Shown: positions 24,345-37,288 of the stretch, one piece after another
Layout: each line of letters starts with the position of its first letter
Position numbering within the stretch: position 1 is the stretch's first letter
Source: Diploschistes diacapsis
Taxonomy: Eukaryota
NCBI GenBank assembly: GCA_023645945.1
Contig: JALAIB010000010.1
Location: forward strand, 1-52,004
Reading direction: 5' to 3'
Length of the DNA stretch: 52,004 nucleotides
Position numbers and translations under genes: made by a program
Notes under the pieces: generated by a model
What the model was told of the DNA's origin: nothing
Databases searched by the model: none
Seen by the model: only the letters and a program-made list of their open reading frames with translations

Positions 24345-26699
24345 TGTTTGGTAATCGAATGCATCATTCTTCAAAAGCTAAGAAATCATAAAAGTAAGAA
24401 CGAGCCTTCTTTGTCCTAGAATTCGGCACGAACTGAGGAAATGATAGGCTAGACGCCAGTGTGAATCGCTGCTTCGTTCAATGGCAAACCAAATCGTGCC
24501 AAAGGCAAAGAAATCACAGAAACCTATTGTGGTCGTAATTCGTCCACTGTCTCCTGAGCATACAATTGCCGCATGTTCCACACTGCCCATTGCCGAATCC
24601 CCTATGCAACCAGAAGATTTAGTAGAGGCTCTATGCCCATCAAGGAAATGTGGATTGTACTTGTGCACACCCAAAGATATTGTTAGCATTCTATATTTGC
24701 CCATTATCTTTTCTGATAGCCAGATTGTTCAACAAGCCTTCATTTAATCTCTTTGGACTTCGAACATCGAACTCTCCGCACTACTGCCGCTACCTATCTA
24801 TGGTGTTATCGTTTTTTTGTGGGATCTATCTTGTCGAGCGAGCTCGAGTAGTTGTAAGTATACCATATAAGCAGGTAGAACTACCCTTGTCGCCAGATTT
24901 GCTTTTGAGCAGACCCTGTCCGAGACGAATATGCCCGTACTAAGCTTGGAATAACCCTTCGTGGCCATTTGGCCATGACTTTACTTGCTCAATTTTTATA
25001 GGTTTGAAGACCTTTTGAGCCCTTTCGATTTTATTAGACTGAGTCATTTTCTTACCCTTATTTTTATTTAATAGTTGATTGGAAACCTCCGGTTTTTGCT
25101 GATTAGCCGTGTCTGATGGACCTAATCAGTGCTGGTCAGCCATATGATTAGAAGACTCACGTCAGTTATATATACGATTATGGCCCTTTTTATGCATAAT
25201 TGACGTGGGTGTTTTTAAAATGGCCGTAGCTATCTAAACAGGGCTTATAACGGCTTGAATTGACATTCCCGACGCAATAAATAGTCAGAGCGTTGAGATG
25301 TATCACGTCTGCCTGGACTTTATTCTTCTTGCCCGAGGTAATGCGCTTTTTCTAGACGTTCCAAGACACTATTAAAAGCCTCTCTCAGATATTTCTTCGA
25401 GTTAATTACTCTCTCGATGTCTTTGCGGGCACAATTTAACAGACACTATCAGTCACGGATGTCCACCATTTAAAGATTCAGCATATAAAAAAAAGCAGCT
25501 TCGACCTCGCTCAGCGTCTGACCCTTTTCCAATTGCGAAACAGGAACTTCGTTGTCCTAGGCTCTATTAGTGCTTGACAGAGGCCCGGGAGCCTCTGATA
25601 TTCATCGCCTCTTTTTCAATCTACAAGCATAGACTTGACAATTACCTTACGCTGATCAAATGCGAGTATTTCTCCTGCGCTTGGCACCTCAAGGCTTTCT
25701 AATCGGTTGCATACTGTCTGCTGTGCCCCCAACATAGAGCTGTTTTCAAGTACGACTTTCGAACTTTCAGCTACCGACAGCACAGAGCCTTTCGTGTTTT
25801 CGAAATGTCCACAATTGCAGTGTGCCGTGAGATGTACTTGTGCATATACCCGGTTCAATCCGGTACAGTACTCAAGCTGGGAGACGGTGTATACTCTTAT
25901 GTTTTATAGGGTTGTGTACCTAGGTCGGATACACCCCCCCTGTGATGTCGACGGTGGATCAAGGAAATCTAAAACAACATAGCCTATGAGCGATAAATCT
26001 TACTTCTTCGGCAGTGTTGAAACACGGTGTATATGAATTGTCCCTAATGTTATATGATCGATGCCTCGCGGCCTGACTGAGTGCCCGTGAGTCGAAGATT
26101 ATCCTGTTTTTTTTCTTCAATGGCGTTATTTAGGTTTGTTTAGGTGTTTCCCTTCCAGTAAGAATTCCTCCCTTGCTCCTAACCAATATATGCCTTTAAA
26201 ATGGAGCCTAAGTTCTGCCTGCGGATGGAGCAATAGGTATTTGTCCCAGTCTTAGCAATCCAGTCTTGGACTCAGCGCGACATACCATATGCATACACAT
26301 ACGATGCATTAAAGCAGCCCTATTGACTCGTTTTGTCCTTAAAGACCCAGCACTCCACAAATAGTTCCTCAGTAATTAAACCACGTTGGGGCGATTTTGG
26401 CCTCCTGAGAGGAATCCGGCCTGTTTGACAAGAGCCTCCTTCTGTCCTACGTTGCGTCTTAAGAAAATCTCTATCGAACTTCGACTTCTATTCTGTAGCC
26501 GCAGCTACGACTCTTTGAAGTCAAGAGTGCCGTGGCTTTTCCTGCCTAAGCGCAAACCCAGGTTTAAGTGGTAGACGAGACCCGTGCCCATTGCCCGAAA
26601 GGATGCCCGAAGAATTCTATCGATCGTCGGATCCTAGGTCCCATGCTTAAGTTGGATCTGCTCAGGGCTTGTACAGACCAGGTCTTCCGGTGCCTATCC

Positions 26700-29600
26700 C
26701 TCTCTGTCATTCTCCAGGGTAGTGTTTGCTAACGAGCCTCTCCAACAGCTTCTTAGCCCAAGTAGCGGCAGCTACGTCTCTGATAGTCCTGTGCATTCTA
26801 CAGAGCTTTAACAGCTTCTCATACCATTTCACCAAGCGGGTGGCGCGTTCCTGGCTGCAATATTATACTGCCGTGACTGTTGGTTTCTTCCGTCGGGTCA
26901 AAGTAGGGGGCTATTCAAATTAGATGCTTCTTTCTTTGGAACCCTATAATTGGGCATGTAGTTTGCTGCTGCGCCATAGCGACCTATAATGTTACTCGTC
27001 TGTTGCTTCTGGGCATTAAGTAATGCAAGTTTTATAAAACCCCGATTCCTGCCGAACGGGTTGCTGTGCTAAGCTTGAGATAACTAGTTTCTGTTTCCGT
27101 CCCGTGGTGACCTTGTTCCTCGTGGAGTCCCATGAATCCAGGCTCTATTCCCTCCCTTGCCCGGCTCTCTTCCATTGAGATATGGGGCACTGTTTTACCA
27201 CAGATTTCCATCCTGCTCCTTCCCGTAAACTGTTAGAAATGTCTGAGAAAAGCTACTAAAAGGGGTGTTGTGTTCGCTGCGCAGATTCCTGAAGCTTTCG
27301 TGCGTGCTTTTATCGTCTACCTGACCATTGATTCCGCCGCCAAACGCAGATGCAACCACTCGTTGGGATATACGGCTTCTTCCTCGGCTCCGGCATCGAA
27401 CACATTCCAAACATCCCATGCCGTCGCCGAAGCGTGGACGAATACTTGAGCGTCCTTCTGGTCGTACTATCGATTTGGCTTGGACAGCTAAAGCCGTGGT
27501 TGTGTGACTTCGGATTCTGTGGCATGTGAATGCTACTATTCTATTTGCGCAGCTTTCCAGCTCGAGTCGTAGAGCCGGGCTGTTTAACAAGAGGCAGGCG
27601 AAATGATGGCTGCAGGTTTTGTATCCTTTATCAGTGGCATAAGATGTCAAGGTCCTTAATCTGGCAAAGTAAGAACTATGAAGAGGACATGGTGGTGAGA
27701 GGACGACAGCCTGGCCCGAACCGCTGCTGTGTCATTATACCTGCGCGCGATTAGCTGGGCTTCGTCTCTGGCCGAAAGTGAAGATAGTATAACGGGGGTC
27801 TCGAGCGTGAGTGCAGGTCCATCTTGGTGTTCCGGTATATATCGCTGTAAGCTCCTGAGCCACACGGCTATAGAAACGCCAAATTCAAGGCCTGCTTTCT
27901 ACAGCCCATAGCTTCACGACTGATGGCTTGTTCAACAGTATTTTCCAGCTGAGCCGTCATCGCCTATGAATGCCATGAACAATAGAGATATGGCAGTTCG
28001 TGCTGGGGCAACAGTATTGGCGCCGGGGTTCTGAATGCTTTGTACTTGTGGCTCCGTGTAGGGAAAAAAAGGCCCCGTTAATCCACACCTGTCTCTTGAA
28101 TCTCAGTTCTCTCTCTGAGATGGCAGATAAAAGCACGGTCTGAAATCCATATCAGAGCGCACCAACACAGTTATTATATCCTGGTCTTAATTTTTTGAGG
28201 TATGATAGTAGGAGTTGAAGTCTCAACAAAGATGAATAATTTTAAATCCGCCAGTAATCCAGAATTAATCTTCTCACGGCCTGGGTTCCGAGCCCATATT
28301 GTAGTTTTGGTGTAAGACCCGTCTTTTCCTACGACATGATACAGGTGAGATAAATTCCTAAAGCAAAATATAGCGAGAAGACCTGCCGATTGGGCAACGA
28401 GAACTACAGCTTCTGCCCACGATTTCCTCGGGTAATAGTTTCGTGAAGCTGTTGGTGATCCAAAGACCTCGCTTGAGCGATGTTACGGAACGCAGTTGGC
28501 TTCGTGAGATTGCAAGAAGGAAGCGATTGGCCTAGACTTGCTTGGTATCCAAAGAACAAAACAGTCCTACTTCGATATTTTAGTAGAGATTCCAATCCCA
28601 AGTCTGGCTGCTTTGGCCATCAGATACCGTAATAGAAGTTTCTGATTATAATTATCTCCCTTATGTCCATCGGCAAGTCTTATCACTGAATCCTTCCATA
28701 TCTGCACTGATCTATGGACCTGTGGATTATAAGTATATGATACCTGATTTTCTTGACATCTGTGCAGACTTGCCTTTCCTAGGCGGAGATTAAGTGTTCC
28801 GAAGCAGGTACGTTGAGAAATATAAAAGAACAGCAGGATATTTGGCGGGATTATAACATCCGGAGAAGGGACAATGGGCTCGAGCACACTCCCACTGCCA
28901 GTTTACTGCTCGAAAACTCCCCTAGGCCGTCACATAGCCAGAGATAAACAAAAGACAACTTAAGTCGATCATCAGGGAGCACCGCTAGGGCTCCAATGCC
29001 ATGTCCGAAGTCCTCTCCTTCGATCAGAAACGCAACAGGCGATTAAGCCCTGTAAGCCTCGTTCACTGCATATTCGTTGTGTCCGGTCTTGATCAAGTTA
29101 TCAACCAAGGCCCCTTATATTCGCTGTGGACGGGGCCGCCTTTATTCCTCTCAGAGGAAGATTGAGCGAATTGATCGCTATGTCTTCGCTAAAGTCTATC
29201 TGATGAGCAGCGAAAAGTGATTGGGCGTGAGCAAGCTTTGTTTCAAGCATGATCCTACGTAGCTCAGGAGTGAACAGGCCGGGTATCTATCGGGCACATA
29301 ATTAGCAGGCAAAATCTCTAGTCAACTAAGCAGAAGGGACTCACGATTTCACAAGCACGCTTCGCAGTCGGAGCAGAACAGGATTCGCAAGCGGATTTGC
29401 CAGAAGAAAGACCAGAACAAGGAGGCCAAGCGGGCACCACACCGGCAGTCAATAGCTTCCTCGCGCAGGCCAAACAACAGGGCTCCGGCAAGGAGGTGGA
29501 CTGAAATTGTGTCGAATCCTATCATCGTCGATCGTTAGCCTTCCGGAACTCTATCGCAGGATGTGCGCATACCAGACGGGGCAGAGAGGAGTCAGCCTCT

Positions 29601-30620
29601 GTTATTACTAGATTATCTTCATGTAGTAACAGACGCTAGACTCCAGTTCGGTGCCTGAATAGCTTTTAGGATTCCCGATCCCGCGTCGATTTCTCGATAG
29701 AGAGTTAGCAGATAGTAACTGCTCTACGGTCCTTAGCCCTTTAGTTTCCAACTAAGTATTTCTCAAAATTCAATCCGCAGGTCCTGAAGGCTTTAACGAA
29801 AAGTGTGTGCGAGTCCGTGCTTTGACTTCGTTCCGATCCGAGTACAACCAGCGTGTATGAAAGACAGTCACGCTGCCTAGGGTTTTTCGGCACCATCGTC
29901 CCTAGAAATTTCGATGGTGGCCGCCAAAGAGGGATATTATTCCTCTCTGACATCGAGATGTTATCCAGACAACAAGGTGTCTATTGCCTGCCAGTTTCTC
30001 CTGTACAAGGATAGACAAAGGTTCTTGTGTGACGAAAGTCTGGTCGCCGTCTGAAGAGATAAACTTGTCGATCGTTCTTTTCGTTCTGTGCCGGAGCTCT
30101 CTCCATGTAGGCACCCAACTTAAAGTAGAATGCTATATATTTAGCTGAAAAGATTATGTATTTTCTCGGTACATAAACAGGAAAACAGAGCACATGGAGG
30201 CTGTATCTCCATGGGTAACTCAACACAGAACGCTGCTCCTGGAGGAGGTCGCATCTGGGCTCAGGTCTTGCCTTCCTACATTCACCTATTTGCGAACATG
30301 CATGATAGCATAAAATCCAGGACCTGTTCCAGCTTATGTTGGACTCATCGTCCGCTGCCTAGCGTTCGGGGGTGTTGATAAGAGTAAGTTGTGAGAGCGA
30401 AGTAAGCAGCTGCGGCGCCTCCCACGGTAAGCCGCCATCGCTAAGCGTATGGCACCAACTTTGCCGGATCGAGATGCCTGCCACCTGTTCTTCCACGTTG
30501 ACCAGAAATTCTCGTGCTCAAACTAGTCGAGATACCCGAGAGTCTTGTTCGTCTACCTGGACAAAGAAGCTTTCGTCATTATGTAGTTTCGATACCTTGA
30601 TTCTGCCTTGCTGACTCAAC
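26700..30620 (-). pseudogene. Decayed NACHT - winged helix - ankyrin (NLR-like) gene; boundaries approximate
   Basis: Minus-strand fragments in the expected order, broken by stops and frameshifts: KFISSDGDQ..VVWITSR (~30070-29953), WYAHILR* and CLACARKLLT (29477-29448), PVHS*A, then ankyrin-like GKASLHRC, LMAKAARLG, GANTVAPARTAISLLFMA, RTLTSYATDKGYKT (27656-27615), DAGAEEEAVYPNEWLHLRLAAE, NIAARN and EAVKAL. Confidence 0.5.
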
Positions 30621-31169
30621 GGCGGACGTTTTTGATGTATGTACGTGCATTCTTTCGAAGTAGTGATCTTTACGAAGTTGTCCTATCTTCCCCATATAAC
30701 AATCTACCATATCGTCAAGATAGAGGCTCCGCTAATTTCTGAAGAGAGGCGCCTTAAATGACCGGTCAAGGCTCCTGAAAAATGATATGATGCACCTACA
30801 TAAGATGCGCGATGGTGCTTGAATCGAAAAACTAGTCCGTGGACTCCTTATGACTCGCAAAATCTTCGGTCTCTTGTTGCCTGCCACCTCAATATACACA
30901 TCATTCTCTTTCCGTATCCTCACGGAGAGTTGCATTGGCGTATGGGTAAGCTGAAATATCTATCTGTAAGTAGTAGACAAAGACAGGTGAAGCCTGATGT
31001 AAACTCCTATACTAGGAAAAGAGTACGCTAGGTCATGTATCACACACCTAGAGTTTCTTAATTTCTTGCGGATTCTTGTTTCCGTCTCAAGATCCCCGTG
31101 CCTGGAGAGAAAGAACAGGGAAGAACAGATACACCGGCGCAGAAAGAGTCTGTAATCTTGCTTTGATTG

Positions 31170-31930
31170 GGTGATTTTATTACCAAACTTGGAGAATATT
31201 CTCAAACAGCTAAGTCTCTTTGGAGATTCGTACATTTGAAGATTCACCCTTCCTACCATAGCTCTTTTGTAGGGAGGGGAAATAAAAAAGGTATGTATCT
31301 TCCGTAGCACTATTATAAGTGGGTTCGAGAGCCCAGGAATTGCTTACAGCAATTGAGACGAAGCCAGTCTACAGCATTCATTTCCGGAGAAAAAGTTGTA
31401 ACCAGAGTCCTATATCATCGATATCTCGGATGTTAATGCTGCTCAAAGTTCTCTGAATGGTCCGACATATTAAACAGGACAATTCCGAGAGCTCCCGCAA
31501 CATGTAGCTGATCTATTCTTTCGTACCCAAAGGCAAGGTAAAGCGCCAAAGAAGCTGTTGTTAGTCCTGTGTCGCTTGTGATTACCTTTCAAGCGCGAAA
31601 CCCGATTTCCTCAGGTGATTAAGGAAAAATAATATGCATCCGAGATCAGCAGTAGTGGCCCTTTCTCCATAACTGCTAGCAACTACATTTCGGGACAATT
31701 CCTTAATTCTTGGGGCCGTGTCTGCAGATATGCAGCGGAGGCACGAAGCACTCCACCCATCCGTCCTACATTCTCAGCACAAATTAAGAATCTATCTCGG
31801 GATAAAGAACTTTTTTCGACAGAACTCCGTCAAGAGGAAGCGAGCGCAGCCCTAATAGACTTGTCGGAGGAACAGAAGATTCGGATTCGTCTGAGCTCTC
31901 AAGGTTTATATATTCCTGCTCTTCCTTGAA
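31170..31930 (+). pseudogene. Possible highly decayed Ser/Thr protein kinase relic
   Basis: Colinear degenerate fragments VHLKIHPSYH, an intron-like GTATGT, RRHEALHPSVL (cf. HGDLKPENIL), KLRIYLGIKNFF (cf. LKIADFGL) and FV*AL (cf. DVWSL). Weak, by-eye similarity only. Confidence 0.25.
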
Positions 31931-32846
31931 GTGCACTTAAGAGGTTCCCAGATCAGCTTTCGGATATTAATGAGACAACACAAGCCCTCGCTCATGCACT
32001 TCCTGCTGCATTTCCCGCAGGCCTCGAGGATATGGATCATTTCGAAGGCAAGCCTGATGTTCTTTGTCCGAGTTAATCATCCAGCCTATCTTCGTTCGCC
32101 TGTCCACATGGTTTGAGAGATCATATTGCCTGCATTAAACGATATAGGAAGAGCTCTGCGGTTCTGGTACACATTCGGTCGAAGTTTTAACCAGCCAGGG
32201 CCGCGCCCTCCGTACCGAGCATACATGTATCGCTTGCTGCTATCTCCCGTTTCTACTCGTATATTTCTGATTTGAAAGGGTGATCCAGAAGCAAGTCCTG
32301 GGCCATTTGGAAATCTAGTATCCAGAAGCTACTCCCGTGCCAGTGTGGTTCATCTTGACAGGCGAAGTATACAGATCTACTAATAAGAAACTCTCCGAAA
32401 GCGAGACAAGGCCGATCCTGGCAGACTACGTGTAGGAAGAAGGAAGTTTGATGTAGAGCAATACTGTCGGCTCAAATCAAAGAATGTCCTATTGTATAAT
32501 GCATGCTGCTCTTTTGCTAGTACCACCACTTTTTCAGTCTGTAACAAAGTGCGGTAGTAACGATTCCACCTGTCTTTTTGCGAGTATATTCAAGAAATAA
32601 ACATGCTTGAACCTAGTATCAGCTTTATTCGCATGCTAGCCCTAACGAAGCTTTGGTGCCTGGCTCTTTTCTTCGTATTCGGCCAAAGAACCTAAAGACC
32701 GCTTCTTCTCCGGGATAGCCAAAAGTGTCATCCCATTTCAGGATGCTGCGACCGTTTCTGTATGTCTTGAAACTCGCCAAAATAATGTCCGCCTAATACA
32801 GAGACCTACCAACCGCCTCAACACAAGGTTGTTCGTTACATTGCAC

Positions 32847-32868
32847 CGGGCTCGGGCTCGGGCTCGGG
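32847..32868. repeat. Hexamer microsatellite (CGGGCT)3CGGG
   Basis: Seen directly. Confidence 0.85.
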
Positions 32869-33331
32869 TATTGAGGAAATGATTTGATCCTCAAGCCTTC
32901 ACAGCAGGTTGCAACAGAAAATGGCTGCAGGATGTCTCGACCTATTTCTGCATCTCACATATTCCCAATAGATGTCCTTGAATAGGGAGCTATCAAGTTG
33001 GTGCCGCGGTAGGCGCTTTCCTCTCCCAAGTCGACTCCGAGATTGGGGCGTGCTTTAGTCTGCGGAGTCCGACCTGGGGTGGGCACATTTTCCAGCAGAG
33101 GAAGTTTATATAAACTCTAGACCTGTTTCTGGGTACTCCATGCAGATTTCCTATAACGAATCATTATGCATCTTGTAAGGTTCGGCCTCACATGCTTTCC
33201 GGCTTTCTCGAGAGAAGAGGAGTGCCTGTGAATGACTGTCCGCCTGTTTCGGGCAGGTCTCCTGAGGACAACTATGTTGTAGCACTGTTTTCAACATGCA
33301 AGCATCAACATCTTAAAAGGGAGAAGGACGG

Positions 33332-33354
33332 GAATGGCCCTGAATGGCCCTGAA
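33332..33354. repeat. Tandem 10-mer GAATGGCCCT x2
   Basis: gaatggccct gaatggccct gaa seen directly. Confidence 0.8.
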
Positions 33355-36300
33355 AACCCTTTTCTATTTTGCAATCCCCATCTCTGTCAGTACTTGTGCT
33401 TTTCCCATTTTGTCAAGACTCAGGGTTGATCCTGTCCACAACCAAGTCGAGCAAGGGAGCAAATACTCTGCGTCCCATTGACATGGTGTATTTTTTGTCG
33501 ATGGGAAATTACTACTATCTGCAAGATCCGACCCTAGCTCTTGTTACATTCGTCTCACAGGAACATAATGGTTGGAGCCTAATTCTCATCTTGATAATGG
33601 ATGGGCCTTCTCGCTAGTGTTTCGGGAATTATAGTCTCCGCATACCTGAAAATGCGACGTTAGTAGCCTGGGTGGCCCTTTAATTCCTCACGATGACCTT
33701 ATAAACGAGACTATCATATTCCTCTTTTTTTCCTAATGTAGTGTGCCGGCGTATAATCATCTATCGTTCTCTGGCCTCTTCTCCAGAGGGAAGGAAATCG
33801 TGATGGAGCCGCAGTCTCTATCGCAGACCATGATTTCCCAACAGGGAACTGCACCGGGCAAACTATTCCCTCTTCTTCATCGGCAATCGGGAGGGTTATC
33901 TTTGATGAGATCCAATCTGCGTGCAATTGAATCTTCGTCGCGAACCAAATCTCTCTTGCAATGAGCTGCACCAACGAACCATATCCTACCTCTCTTTGTG
34001 GATGGCTTTCTATTGGCGACCTCCAAGACTTTTAATTGAGACGCTAGCGATACAATTCGAAGGCCATGATGAGAGACTACAGACAAGGCTCTCTTCCTCA
34101 AACATATTGTGGGTAAGTTGACCGTCGCCGCTCCAAAGTGCTAGGTGGACAAATGTTAAGAGCCAGCCTGACCAGGATTAGTAGGTGGAATGGGAATTCC
34201 CTCTCCCTTTTACATATTTCGCCGAATAGAGCTCCTCATGCTTAGCACGCTTTCGATATTCCCATCGTCTCAGTGATAACCCACCCCCACGCTTTTACCT
34301 GAGAAGCCTACTTAGTTTATACTTTGTTGCTTGCCCCTGCCATTTGCTGTCGCTGAGATGAGCACGTTCTTATCCTAGTTTGGAGACCGTACATGTGCCA
34401 CGGTCGTCGAGGTCACGATCCGTAAGCGCAAGCAACGAGCATAACCGCGAAGTAGACATACTTGAAGCGTATGTACCACTTAGGTCCCCCTAAGAATAAA
34501 TAGAGACTTGTGACTTTAGCATTCTCTTATGTAGTAGCAAGGACAAACCTTTGCTTATAGGCTCTTTGAAGCAACTCGTGAGATCGCCCAGGTCCCTGAG
34601 CATCTGATTTCCGCTCTTTCCCTAAGCCTTTGCTCAGTAATCTCTTAATGCGAATGAAGTTTTGCTCTAACTTTGAGCATTCAACGATAGTTACCAAGCG
34701 TTCCTATCATAAATCCAGTCCAAGACAATACACCGTACGAGAAGACCTAAATTTCGATAGCGTCTGAGATCTGGATCCACACAAAGCAGCTTCCCAATGG
34801 TATGGTCAGGGAGTCGATTGTTCACCTAAACTGTTGTTAGATGTGTGAAAAAGTTACGGACACAACAAGCGCCGCATGCAGCTGAGCCAGTGTCACGGGT
34901 CTGATTTTGCTTGCGTTTTTGTCAATCCGCGGTCTTCTGGTCCGCCTCGCAATTGCTGTTCATTATAACTCTGTCGACAAGAACAGCCTATCATTACATT
35001 ATCGTTTGGGGAAAGACAACAAGATGCCGCACGTCCATGTGGGTCAGGTTATATAGCTCCGGAGGTCGGTTCTCCTTGAATTGGCTGATTGGTTCGAGCC
35101 GACTGCGACCTCTGCTGCTCTAGTTGTTGAAACAGCAGTAGCAAGCCCGTTTTCAATGACAAGGGCTTCAACTTCGCTGTCACAATTCTCCTGCGCGGCT
35201 TTGTTCCTTTGCCTTACTGTGCAGCAAGCCGTCCAGGAGATATATTATGTATAGTAGTGGTGTTTAGCTGGGCCACCAGGCGCGAATGTATGTCATCTTA
35301 TGGTCATGGAAGACTTTCCTACCAATGGCATTAAAACGACGAACGACGCCGTCGAGGAAATTATGGATGTGGAGCAAAGCTTACTGTCACCGGCGAAAGC
35401 GTCTCCCGCAATGATAATCCGATGTTGGTCCCTCTCAACGAGGAAAGATAGGTTGGATTCAATACAGGTACTAGCGACGCCCAGTCCGGATATGCGGTTG
35501 GCCGCTTTTCTTCTCTAAAACGCTTCGGTTCATCAGAGCATCCTCGCGAATGCTTCGGAAATCCCGCAACGGCAGGATAAAAGCAGGCTATATTTGATTG
35601 CACCAGGTGCACTCTTCCGCTTTGCCGGAATTTCGTGTTCGAACTGATCCTACAATTTCTCGAGAACCTTGAGAGGGTTATCAGTCATATTCTTGCCGGA
35701 AATTCTTATATGGGGTAACAACCGGATATCGCCTTGGGCACCGCTTGGTCATTACTTTTCAGATGGATTTTATTGTTTAATCGGTTTCCTGTATCTCCCT
35801 CGATAATGTTACGGTCTTGCAATACCCTTTCGAAGTTCCTTGACTTGTTCAAATCATGACAGTGTCGAACAGTACTTGCAGCGTTGTGGATGCTTTAGGC
35901 TTTTCTTATCCATGGACTGAAGATATCTTCACCTGCATAGCTATGTGGTTAGCTCCAAGGGTTTGAGAACCTTATTGCTTCTTGCAGCTTTTGCTAACCA
36001 TAGGCTTTACCTTTCCCGAACATTAGCTGGAGTCTAGAGGACCGCAGCCTCATCTATCTTGTCTTACTCGCTTTCTTGACCGTTCTCCGTCTCTTCAAGC
36101 AGTTCTCACTTGCCGACGCACAGCCTGGGTGGGTCGTTCTCGGTTAAACACTGAGAGTCTTCATAGCATGAGGGATATGCTGCGACATCAGTCGATGTTC
36201 TAGCCTCGTACATGATAACGAGGACTTGCTTTTTCCATGCTCTTATTTGAGCTATCTTTCACTTCATCAGTCTATACATCACATTATATTATGTGTGCAC

Positions 36301-37054
36301 ACTAACTGTGCTTGACTTAGACCCGTTTCCATAGCATGGTTGCGCTTCGAACAGCTTTGTGTAGCGCGAATAGCACAAGCTCGATCCTTGAAGCAGACCT
36401 TCCTTGGAATCTAGCCGGTGTCAACGGTCGAAGAAGCCTGCCTAACAGATGGCTTTGTCTCTTCGGCGGTGGGGATATCAGTCTTCACTTCCCGGGCTGA
36501 GGCTAGTTGCCTTTTGCGAAATGTTCGGTCGCTTGGACGCGATTCTGTTGTTTCTGTTAATCCTACATGTGCGTTTCTATGGTCATTTTATTGCTTATAA
36601 CATACTATTCCTTTGTAGGCCTAGAATGCGCACGTCGACAACCTTTCCAAAAACAGCCCATAAGCTAAACGCACCTTGCACGGCTGACTCTATTTCTTGC
36701 GTAACCCTGTAAGCTCTAGGAATATGAGACAATGCCGTGCCGGCAACTTAGCGACCTAAAGCTGGGAGTTGACGTTTGGATTGTATTGTCCCGTGCGACA
36801 GACCAGAACCCAAAAGGTTCGCAAGGGAGCTCTGCATCGGTTTATGGTTCTGCAACCACTAGGATGATCTGCACCACTTAAGTTGCTCTTTCATCTCAGT
36901 AGACGGGAGAATAGTAAGCAACTCAATCCGGACAAATCCCGAGAAGCCTGTTGATGAACGAGCAGATAGTGTACTAGGACTCAAGCTCCCAGACGGTCGA
37001 CAACATATGATACGGATAAAGTCCATGCTGTTATAAATGTCCGTTAGGCAATAC

Positions 37055-37288
37055 TCATATATAGGGGAAATATTTGGATGGCGCTCATATATATATATAG
37101 AAAGGAATGGTGCTCATATATAGTGGGTTGGCGTTCATATATATAGACAGAGGTCTAGGTCATGCTCATATATAAAGGAGATGTAATTTGCGCTCATATA
37201 TAAAGGGGAGATCCACTTGATGATCATATATAAACGGAGGATCCAAGAGTAGTCATATATAGAAAGGTCCAAGTGTTGCTCATATATA
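37055..37288. repeat. Periodic array of nine TCATATATA cores separated by divergent 12-22 bp spacers
   Basis: Cores start at 37055, 37085, 37114, 37135, 37166, 37194, 37224, 37253 and 37280 (spacing 30, 29, 21, 31, 28, 30, 29, 27). Confidence 0.92.

Noticed and set aside
33700..35520. Further protein-like fragments (RTISYLSLWMAF..EGHDE; MVMEDFPTNG..)
   Set aside because: Possibly more relics, but too short and isolated to assign.
37055..37288. Calling the array a CRISPR
   Set aside because: The core is only 9 bp, spacers are short and related to one another, there are no cas genes and the context is eukaryotic.
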